In this document: one piece after another, positions 1 through 6,691 of the stretch
How the letters are laid out: each line of letters starts with the position of its first letter
Numbering within the stretch: the stretch's first letter is position 1
Assembly (NCBI GenBank): GCA_046758745.1
Contig: JBHIAV010000057.1
Coordinates: 1-15,775, forward strand
Length of the DNA: 15,775 bases
Origin: Gemmatimonadota bacterium
GTDB lineage: Bacteria > Gemmatimonadota > Gemmatimonadetes > Palauibacterales > Palauibacteraceae
Direction of reading: 5' to 3'
The notes under the pieces: generated by a model
What the model saw: the letters and a program-made list of their open reading frames with translations, nothing else
What the model was told of the DNA's origin: nothing
The model's database searches: none
Program-made: the position numbers and the translations under genes

Positions 1-26
1 CAGGGGGCGTTCCGGCTCGGCGTCAT
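1..26 (-). CDS. Possible N-terminus (MTPSRNAP...) of a gene running off the left edge
   Basis: Minus-strand ATG at 26 with GGGAGG 7 nt upstream (34-39). Only 8 codons are visible, so no product call. Confidence 0.25.
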
Positions 27-250
27 CTCACGGCCTCCCTGGGACCGGGCGACCTAGGCGCGGGATCGCCGTGCTCATCGCGGCGTGCGCGGGCCCTCCC
101 GTTGAGATCTGGTTGTCGGCCTGCCCTACCCTTGGGTCGCAGGTCACGAGAAACGGGCGAAGGGACGCCTTCCTCGCGGAGGACGAGCACGCCGAGGAAG
201 ACCCGCGCAGCCGAACTTCCCGAGACCGGTGGGAACATGGACCGATCTTT

Positions 251-266
251 TGGTTAAAAGTGACCA
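251..266. promoter_or_regulatory. Putative Phd autorepression operator
   Basis: TGGTTA-N4-TGACCA (5/6 inverted repeat) in an AT-rich patch ~40 nt upstream of the Phd gene. Confidence 0.4.
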
Positions 267-304
267 GATTTCCTGATCGATCCCGTTCGACCCGGGGGTG
301 GGAG

Positions 305-580
305 TTGGCTCGTAGCGTTTCCCTGGCTGAAGCGAAGGCGAAGCTCTCCGAGTGCGTGCGCGAGGCGGAGCGCGGAGAGTCCGTCGTCCTCACGCGACAT
401 GGAAAGCCGGTGGCCGCCATCGTCCGTTCGGAGGAGCTGGAACGGCTCGAGCGTCTCCGGGCCGCCGGGCCGGAAGGAGGGCTCGCCGGTCTCGCGGGCG
501 GCTGGGAGGGCTCCGAGGAACTCGTGCAGGCGCTCGAGGCCCGAACGCGGGACCGGCGGTCGCGGAGGCCGCGAGGCTGA
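305..580 (+). CDS. Phd/YefM family antitoxin
   Basis: SVSLAEAKAKLSECVREAERGESVVLTRHGKPVAAIV is a classic Phd/YefM motif. Inferred TTG start at 305 within ORF 71..580 (91 aa). Lies directly upstream of a PIN gene. Confidence 0.92.
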   Translation: MARSVSLAEAKAKLSECVREAERGESVVLTRHGKPVAAIVRSEELERLERLRAAGPEGGLAGLAGGWEGSEELVQALEARTRDRRSRRPRG

Positions 581-585
581 ACGGG

Positions 586-1008
586 GTGGCGTACCTCTTC
601 GATACCGACGCGATCTCGGAGCTCTTTCGTCCGCGCCCTCTCCCCGGCTACGTGGCGTGGCTCCGGCGGGTCTCCCGGGAGGACCAGTTCACCAGCGCCG
701 TCGTGGTGGGAGAGCTCTTCGAGGGAGCCTTCCTCTCGGGCTCGACCCGGCACCTCGAAAACCTCGAGCGGCGGGTGCTTCCGACGGTCATCGTCCTGCC
801 CTACGACGCGGGCGTGGCTCGCGTGTTCGGCCGAATCGGGGCCGTGCTTCGGGCGCGGAACCACCGGCTCGCGGACGCCGATCTCCAGATCGCGGCCACG
901 GCGCTTCATCACGGTCTCGAGCTGGTGACCGGAAACGTGCGCCACTTTAAGCGGGTCCCGGAGCTCAAGGTCGGCCGGGCGCTCGCCGATGCGCGCGGCG
1001 AGGGGTAG
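586..1008 (+). CDS. vapC: PIN-domain (VapC) toxin
   Basis: YLFDTDAISEL ... GEL ... DADLQIAATALHHGLELVTGNVRHF PIN motifs. GTG start 5 nt after the antitoxin stop; 140 aa. Confidence 0.93.
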   Translation: MAYLFDTDAISELFRPRPLPGYVAWLRRVSREDQFTSAVVVGELFEGAFLSGSTRHLENLERRVLPTVIVLPYDAGVARVFGRIGAVLRARNHRLADADLQIAATALHHGLELVTGNVRHFKRVPELKVGRALADARGEG

Positions 1009-1205
1009 GCCGCAGCGGCCGGCAAAGGCTCCGCCCTCCATCGCCTCCGAAACGGGGAATAGGTACTCGGCACGTCTGGTCCGCCCCAATAACCTCATCC
1101 GCCCCTCACCCTTTCCCATCGGTGCGTCGCGGCGCCCCGGGACCGACCCTCCCGACGGATATCCCACCGGCGGCCTGGATGTTCGGGTTATGTTCGGGAG
1201 ACGGC

Positions 1206-1260
1206 TTGCCCGTCCCTTCAGGAACTCCTACGTTGTACACAATGTTTACGATGTATACAT
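1206..1260 (+). promoter_or_regulatory. Putative sigma70 promoter and RHH operator array
   Basis: TTGCCC(1206)-N17-TACGTT(1229). Three TGTNNAC heptamers at 9-bp period (1234, 1243, 1252). Perfect palindrome ATGTATACAT at 1251-1260. Confidence 0.5.
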
Positions 1261-1306
1261 TCAGGGAATGAACGCTGCCACGGGGCACGAGAAGAGAGAG
1301 AAACCC

Positions 1307-1702
1307 ATGGCTTCCACGGCGACCTTGAGCACCCGAATCCCGCGCTGGCTCGAGGAGGAGCTCCGGTCCGTCTTCCAGCGCCAGGGAGAGGGACCCTCGG
1401 AAGGGCTGCGGCGGATCGTCTCGGAGTGGTGGGCGTGCCGGACGTTCGGCGCGATCGAGTTTCGCGATGCGCTCGGAGGCCGGCGGGCCGCCCTTCGCGA
1501 CGGCCCCGAGATCTGGGAGATCATCTCCGTGCAGCGGGACTATGGCGACGACGCGGAGGCATTGCGCGCCCACTTCTCCTGGATTCCGGCCGAGGCGCTC
1601 GGTCAGGCCGTCGAGTATTACCGCCGCTTCGGGGACGAGGTCGACGCCCTCATCGCGGAGAACGAGCGCGCCGAGGAGTACCTGCGCGCCCGGGGCGCCT
1701 GA
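1307..1702 (+). CDS. Antitoxin with N-terminal RHH-like and C-terminal DUF433-like domain (VapB45-like)
   Basis: TLSTRIPRWLEEEL (RHH-like), then IEFRDALGGRRAALRDGPEIWEII ... AVEYYRRFGDEVDALIAEN (DUF433-like). ATG at 1307 after purine-rich GAAGAGAGAG; alternative ATG at 1268. Upstream of a DUF5615 gene. Confidence 0.82.
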   Translation: MASTATLSTRIPRWLEEELRSVFQRQGEGPSEGLRRIVSEWWACRTFGAIEFRDALGGRRAALRDGPEIWEIISVQRDYGDDAEALRAHFSWIPAEALGQAVEYYRRFGDEVDALIAENERAEEYLRARGA

Positions 1703-1714
1703 GCCGGCGCGCTC

Positions 1715-2074
1715 TTGCGATTCCTCTTCGACGTGCATCTGCACGCCGGCGCCTGCCGCGAGCTCCGGCGCCGCGGAGTCGGCGTGGCGCACGCGGGAGA
1801 GGATGCAGAGCTGCGGACGCTGGCGGACCCGCTCCTGCTCGAGCGTTCGATCGAGCACGGGCGGATCTTCGTCACCCGGAACTGCCGCGACTACGTTCCT
1901 CTCGTTCGGAGGCTGGCCCGTGACGGTCGCGAGTTCCCCGGCGTCCTGTTCGTGCCCTCGTCCATCCGCCACGCCGATGCCGGCGGGCTGGTCCGCGCGC
2001 TCCGTCGCTGGATCGCCGATGCCCCGCCAGGGGCGAACCCGGTCGCGAGCAGCTCGGGCTGGCTGAGCCGCTGA
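1715..2074 (+). CDS. DUF5615 family PIN-like toxin (VapC45-like)
   Basis: MRFLFDVHL ... ADPLLLERSIEHGRIFVTRNCRDY ... FPGVLFV. TTG start; 119 aa. Canonical DUF433 partner. Confidence 0.88.
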   Translation: MRFLFDVHLHAGACRELRRRGVGVAHAGEDAELRTLADPLLLERSIEHGRIFVTRNCRDYVPLVRRLARDGREFPGVLFVPSSIRHADAGGLVRALRRWIADAPPGANPVASSSGWLSR

Positions 2075-2103
2075 TGCCCGGCCCGCTCCCTTGACGCGCT
2101 CCA

Positions 2104-2367
2104 TCACCTGCTCCTCGCCGCTTCCCAGCGGTCCGCCACCAGCCCGCGGTCGGGGTGGTGGGCCGGGTTCCGGGGGGTGGAGACCGGCCGCCCGTGGAAG
2201 TCCGTGAGGATCGCCGTCGGCTTCTCGTCCGCATGCTCGAGACGTTCCCGAAAGACGTGGACCCTCAGCTCTGGCGTGATCCCGATCAGCTCCCGGTCGA
2301 ACGCGCGGTGGTGCAGCGTGCAGAGAGCCAGGCCGTTCGAGACCTCTCCACCGTCTTCCGCAGCGAC
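2104..2367 (-). pseudogene. C-terminal remnant of an HNH (restriction-type) endonuclease
   Basis: EVSNGLALCTLHHRAFDRELIGITPELRVHV ... PRNPAHHPD matches the HNH_2-type C-terminal half. The upstream CxxC and AAHI motifs are absent in frame. Confidence 0.7.
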
Positions 2368-2759
2368 TGAGCACCGCGCCGTCATCTCGGCCGCTTCGCT
2401 AGCGGCAGGACGCGCTACGGAGCTCATAGAGGTCGGTGGTGACGCGAGGGACCCGTCTGTTTCGCTGCTCGAGCACTCCGGTATGAAAGCTTGGCGCCTA
2501 GGGTCATCCCGGCCCTGAACCAGGTGACCGCATGGCGCGCCCGCGCCTCGTGCTCGGACCCCGATGGCTGGCACCTCTAAGCTATGGCCGTCTTGGGCGT
2601 TCGGCCAGTTGGGCCAGCCGGGCCACGGTCTCCTGCCTGCGTCTCGAAGATCTCGGGTCGAGACGGCGCTCATGGACACGGGCACGCCGGGACGCGGATG
2701 AATCGAACGGCGGTTGGGGGGGCCGTTGATCGCCGTACCGATCCTCCGGTGCCCGCTCG

Positions 2760-2789
2760 ATGACAGCCGCCCGAGTGCGGAGGTATAAT
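2760..2789 (+). promoter_or_regulatory. Putative sigma70 promoter of the Uma2 gene
   Basis: ATGACA(2760)-N18-TATAAT(2784). The -10 lies only 9 nt before the ATG at 2799. Confidence 0.55.
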
Positions 2790-2798
2790 GTGGATCGT

Positions 2799-3359
2799 AT
2801 GGCGCTCCCTCAGATCACGTGGCAGGACGTCCAGCAGCTCCCGGACGACGGGAATCGCTACGAAGCGATCGAGGGGGAGCTGTACGTGACGCCCGCGCCG
2901 ACGGTGCGTCACCAGCGGATCAGCCGCAGGCTCGAACGGGCCCTCGACCCCCTCCTCACAGATGCAGGACATGGTGAGATCCTGCATGCTCCCGTGGGCG
3001 TGGAGTTTCCGGCCACGAGTGAGGGCGTCCAGCCGGACATCGTGTTCATCTCGAGAGCCCGCCGCTCGATCGTCGGCGAGGACTGGATCCGCGGCGCGCC
3101 GGATCTGGTGGTCGAGATCCTCTCCCCGACCACGGCGCACCGCGACCGCGGGGTGAAGCTCAAGCTGTATGACCGCCAGGGGGTCGAGGAGTACTGGATC
3201 GTGGACCCCGACGGCGACTCGGTCGAAGTCTGGCGCTTCCAGGGCGAGCCCCGCTTCGAGCGGTTCACGGAACGGCTCCCGGTGCGGCTCGGCGGGGAGA
3301 TGATCGGCGAGATCAACCTGTCGCAGATCTTCCTGCGCGACCGACGGGCGGGCGGGTAG
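2799..3359 (+). CDS. Uma2 family (DUF820) PD-(D/E)xK endonuclease
   Basis: LPDDGNRYEAIEGELYVTPAPTVRHQRI, VQPDIVFI, APDLVVEILSPTT, KLKLY...GVEEYWIVDP; 186 aa. Confidence 0.95.
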   Translation: MALPQITWQDVQQLPDDGNRYEAIEGELYVTPAPTVRHQRISRRLERALDPLLTDAGHGEILHAPVGVEFPATSEGVQPDIVFISRARRSIVGEDWIRGAPDLVVEILSPTTAHRDRGVKLKLYDRQGVEEYWIVDPDGDSVEVWRFQGEPRFERFTERLPVRLGGEMIGEINLSQIFLRDRRAGG

Positions 3360-3528
3360 CGCTCGGCGCGGCCGATCAGATCTCCGCCTCTCCTTCGCCG
3401 GCCCGCCGCCTCTCCCCCTCCCCCGCCGCCGCCAATGCCTTTTCTCTTCGGCCCCGTCACCGGGGCGGCGCAGATGCCGCCACCATCGCGCTCTCCAGCG
3501 CTGACCCTCGCCCCCTGGCAGCCGCTAT

Positions 3529-3567
3529 TATACCATAGTAGATTTTGTATATAATGGTGTACACACC
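3529..3567 (+). promoter_or_regulatory. Promoter/operator of the vapBC module
   Basis: AT-rich patch with TATAAT at 3550-3555. Imperfect inverted repeat TATACCAT(3529)/ATGGTGTA(3554). GGTGT-AC-ACACC at 3556-3567. Confidence 0.5.
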
Positions 3568-3608
3568 GGACTCCGGCGGCACCCCGGGCTCATGAAAGGC
3601 GGTTGACC

Positions 3609-3878
3609 ATGGCCCTCAACATCAAGAACGCCGAGGTGGAGCGGCTCACTCGCGAGGTGGCCGAGATGACGGGAGAGAACAAGACCGAGGCGATCCTGAG
3701 GGCGCTGGCCGAGCGACACGCGCGTCTTCGGGCGGACGCCGGCGGAACGGCGAGCGCGAGGCTCCGCCGCTTCCTCGAGGACGAGCTCTGGCCGAGCGTG
3801 CCCGAGCGCGAGAGAGGCCGGCGGATGAGCCGCACCGAGGAGGACGCGATCCTCGGCTACGGTTCCGAGGGCGTGTGA
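3609..3878 (+). CDS. vapB: VapB antitoxin, Rv0623/PSK transcription factor-like (VapB30-like)
   Basis: MALNIKNAEVERLTREVAEMTGENKTEAILRAL N-terminus and EEDAILGYGSEGV C-terminus are typical of this family; 89 aa. Confidence 0.92.
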   Translation: MALNIKNAEVERLTREVAEMTGENKTEAILRALAERHARLRADAGGTASARLRRFLEDELWPSVPERERGRRMSRTEEDAILGYGSEGV

Positions 3879-3913
3879 TCCTCGGCTACGGTTCCGAGGG
3901 CGTGTGATCCTCG
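3848..3913 (+). repeat. Exact 29-bp tandem duplication plus 8-bp partial copy
   Basis: GATCCTCGGCTACGGTTCCGAGGGCGTGT at 3848-3876 and 3877-3905, then GATCCTCG at 3906-3913. Confidence 0.97.
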
Positions 3914-4290
3914 ACACCTCGGCCATCGTGGCGATCGCCGTACGGGAGCCCGGCCATGAGGATCTCCTCGGCAAGATGCTCCGCGCCCCGGCGGTGGGCG
4001 TAGGGGTTCCCACCCTCACGGAAACGGCGATCGTCCTGTCCGCTCGTCTCGGGGAGGATGCGCGCGGCCTGCTCGCCCGCTTCCTGCTGGAAGGGTCGAT
4101 CCAGACGATCGCGTTCGGCGAGGCCCACTTCGGGGTCGCGGTGCACGCCTGGCTCCGCTACGGCCGCGGCCGGCACCCGGCGGACCTCAACTTCGGGGAC
4201 TGCCTGTCGTACGCGACGGCGAAGGTGGCGGACCGGCCGCTCCTCTGCACAGGGGACGACTTCGCGAAGACCGATCTCCGCCTCGCGTGA
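3904..4290 (+). CDS. vapC: PIN-domain VapC toxin (VapC30-like)
   Basis: MILDTSAIVAI ... TLTETAIV ... RYGRGRHPADLNFGDCLSYATAK ... LLCTGDDFAKTD. GTG start; 128 aa. Confidence 0.96.
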   Translation: MILDTSAIVAIAVREPGHEDLLGKMLRAPAVGVGVPTLTETAIVLSARLGEDARGLLARFLLEGSIQTIAFGEAHFGVAVHAWLRYGRGRHPADLNFGDCLSYATAKVADRPLLCTGDDFAKTDLRLA

Positions 4291-4525
4291 GCGCTGACGC
4301 CCCGGACGCGCCCGCCATGCAGCGGTCCGCCGCCCGGAGGCGACGCGCGGGCAGGTCCCGCGCGCGCTCGGAGGCACTATATTTGAGGCAGGTTGGTTCC
4401 TACCGGGCCCCCCGGGGCCCGAGACCGCCAGGACATCTGCCGCGCCCCGCGGGCCGTCCGGCGTTCGCCGCGCTGCTGCGCCCGCCGAGGGGTGTTGCGG
4501 GCAAGCAACGAGGAGGCGATGCGCC

Positions 4526-5671
4526 ATGCTTACGATCAGCGCCATCAAAGCCGATGTCGGGGGGGTCGGCGGCCACACGAGGCCGTCCAGCCGCATGCTC
4601 GCGGCCGCGCGGGACGAGCTCGCGAAAGCGGCCAAACGGGGGCTGCTCCTCGATCACGACGCGACCCACACCGGCGACGACGTGTGTCTCCTCATGGTGC
4701 ACCGCCAGGGGAGCGACAATCCGGAGATCCACGACTTCGCGTGGAGCGTCTTCGAGACCGCCACGGCGATCGCCCAGGAGGAGGGGCTGTACGGGGCCGG
4801 ACAGGACCTCCTGAAGGACGCCCCCTCGGGGAACGTGCGGGGGGCGGGCCCGGGTGCGGCGGAGGTCACCTTCGACGAGACGGCGGCCGAGCGACCCGCC
4901 GAGTCCTTCCTGGTCTTCACGGCCGACAAGTGCGGCCCCGGGGCCTTCAACTTCCCGCTGTGGACGGTCTTCACCAGCCCGCTCTACTGCGCCGGTCTCA
5001 TGCTCCCGAAGATGAAGGCGGGCTTCCGCTTCACCATCATCGACATGGAGCACGCGGGCGCCGACCGGGTGGTCGAGCTGGACACGCCCGAGCGGCACAT
5101 CGACATCGCGGTGCTGCTCAGGGACGAGAACCGCTTCGGCATCAAGGCGATCCGCTCCCGCCGCTTCCCGCACCAGCAGGTCGTGTCGGTCTCCACGGAC
5201 CGCCTGCACACCATCGCGGGCGAGTACAAGGGCAAGGACGATCCGGTGGCGATCGTGCGCTCGCAGAGCATCTTCCCTGCCCCGGAGGAGATCGTGAGCC
5301 CCTATCTCACGGCCCACTTCGTGGCGGGCGACGCGCGGGGGAGCCACCACATGCCCCTCATGCCGATGCCCATCAACTCGCCCATCGCCGGGGCGTACTG
5401 CCTGCCCATCGTCTGCTGCCTCGCCTACTCGGTGACCAAGGAGGGGCGGCTCTCGGAGGGCGTGGACCTGTTCGGCAACGCCGCGTGGGACCACACTCGC
5501 CTCAAGGCGCAGCAGAAGGCGGACGAGATCCGTCGGCAGGGCTTCGTCGGCGCCGCCATGCTCCCCACGCAGGAGCTCGAGTACAGCGCGTTCCGCACCT
5601 CGCTGGCCGAGCTGGAGGAGCAGTTCCAGATCGTGGAGCGGCCGGAAGCGGCGAAGGTCGCGGCGGAGTAG
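4526..5671 (+). CDS. fbp: Fructose-1,6-bisphosphate aldolase/phosphatase (class V FBPase)
   Basis: ISAIKADVGGVGGH, GDD, GLYGAGQDLLKDAPSGNVRGAGPG, ADKCGPGAFN, GEYKGKDDP (Schiff-base Lys and Tyr retained), RGSHHMPLMP, ELEY. AGGAGG RBS at 4511-4516. Confidence 0.96.
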   Translation: MLTISAIKADVGGVGGHTRPSSRMLAAARDELAKAAKRGLLLDHDATHTGDDVCLLMVHRQGSDNPEIHDFAWSVFETATAIAQEEGLYGAGQDLLKDAPSGNVRGAGPGAAEVTFDETAAERPAESFLVFTADKCGPGAFNFPLWTVFTSPLYCAGLMLPKMKAGFRFTIIDMEHAGADRVVELDTPERHIDIAVLLRDENRFGIKAIRSRRFPHQQVVSVSTDRLHTIAGEYKGKDDPVAIVRSQSIFPAPEEIVSPYLTAHFVAGDARGSHHMPLMPMPINSPIAGAYCLPIVCCLAYSVTKEGRLSEGVDLFGNAAWDHTRLKAQQKADEIRRQGFVGAAMLPTQELEYSAFRTSLAELEEQFQIVERPEAAKVAAE

Positions 5672-5691
5672 GAGAGCAGGCTCTTCCCGCG

Positions 5692-6081
5692 TCAGTCCGC
5701 CCGACCAGAGAGATAGCGGCGGGGTGTGAGCACCCGGACTCCGGCTACCCGCCGGCCGAGCCAGGGCCCGAAGTGTCTCACGTCACCAGTGAGCAGGTGG
5801 GTCGAGCCCGCCGCCAGGGCGGCCTGTAGGATCGGACGATCCTTTGCCGGAACGTCCAGCCCTTCGGGCAGCTTCCGGTCCGGCGCCTCGGGGACGATCC
5901 GCACCTCTCGGAGCAGATCCCCGAGCCGGGCTCGCTGCTCCTCACCGGCCAGGTTCCGGCGCGCCTCCTCGGCGGCATACCCCGAGGTCACCAGCTCGGC
6001 GCCAGCGAGATCCCACAGGCGTGCCAAGCCGGTATCCGGCCGCCAGGCCGCGGAGAAGAGCACATTGGCGTCGAGGAACAC
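5692..6081 (-). CDS. vapC: PIN-domain toxin
   Basis: FLDANVLFSAAW ... YAAEEARRNL ... KDRPILQAALAAGSTHLLTGDVRHFG. Directly downstream of an AbrB gene. The start may instead be the in-frame CTG at 6090. Confidence 0.92.
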   Translation of the reverse strand: MFLDANVLFSAAWRPDTGLARLWDLAGAELVTSGYAAEEARRNLAGEEQRARLGDLLREVRIVPEAPDRKLPEGLDVPAKDRPILQAALAAGSTHLLTGDVRHFGPWLGRRVAGVRVLTPRRYLSGRAD

Positions 6082-6093
6082 GACGTCCAGGCG

Positions 6094-6432
6094 CTACTCC
6101 GGGGGCGGCTCGTGCGGGATCGCCTCTGGATCGAGGCCCATGCGACGGACCTCCTTCACCGCCCGTCGATAGTCCTCCGCATCGACCGCGTTGGTGAGCA
6201 GGAACTCCGCCCGGCGCTCCGGCGTGTACGTCTCCACGGCCAGAACGGTCGCGGGGCGGATCAACACTCCTTCATCCCGCGCTTCCGCGATCACGTAGGA
6301 ACCCTCCTCGAGCCCGAACCGACGGCGGAGGGGAGCGGGGATCACGATCGTGCCCCGCCGTCCAACCCTCGTCGTCTCCTCGCGCGCGGGGCCGCCTCGA
6401 TCCTTCTTTTTCTGTCTGGGTCCGGCCGTCAT
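6094..6432 (-). CDS. AbrB/MazE/SpoVT family antitoxin
   Basis: TRVGRRGTIVIPAPLRRRFGLEEGSYVIAEARDEGVLIRP swapped-hairpin motif. GGGAGAG RBS before the ATG; 112 aa. Confidence 0.93.
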   Translation of the reverse strand: MTAGPRQKKKDRGGPAREETTRVGRRGTIVIPAPLRRRFGLEEGSYVIAEARDEGVLIRPATVLAVETYTPERRAEFLLTNAVDAEDYRRAVKEVRRMGLDPEAIPHEPPPE

Positions 6433-6469
6433 GGTGACTCTCCCGTGATGCGCCGGCAGGCGCTTGAGT

Positions 6470-6496
6470 CAGATATTCAGATACTCTGAATATCTG
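6470..6496. promoter_or_regulatory. Perfect 12-bp inverted repeat, putative AbrB operator
   Basis: CAGATATTCAGA-TAC-TCTGAATATCTG, 37 nt upstream of the abrB start. Confidence 0.7.
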
Positions 6497-6540
6497 CCAA
6501 ACTGCGCGTGGGAGCAAGACCCGGTGGGCACCTTCCGTAG

Positions 6541-6681
6541 GGCGGCCGTCGCCACTCTCGGGCGCGGAGCATGGTGGCGGAATGGGCTGTGCTGCACCAG
6601 AATGAGCTTCGCCGCGTTTGGAGTCAGGCCCGCAGCCACGAGCCACTGAGTAGGATCGAACCGGTTCGGATCCCACTCGAG
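6541..6681 (+). pseudogene. C-terminal remnant of a DUF4160-family protein
   Basis: RARSMVAEWAVLHQNELRRVWSQARSHEPLSRIEP fits the DUF4160 C-terminal pattern (VxEWAxxHxxELxxxW...IEPL). In-frame TAG at 6538-6540 immediately upstream. No proper stop and no DUF2442 partner. Confidence 0.65.
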
Positions 6682-6691
6682 CGCGTCCGGG

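Noticed and set aside
3381-3470. C-rich low-complexity tract and GCCCCG/CGGGGC hairpin after Uma2 as terminator or G-quadruplex
   Set aside because: The hairpin lacks a downstream U-tract, and G/C runs are unremarkable at this GC content.
3848-3913. 29-bp hairpin-containing repeat as a CRISPR array
   Set aside because: Copies are head-to-tail with no spacers, lie within coding junction sequence, and no cas genes are present.
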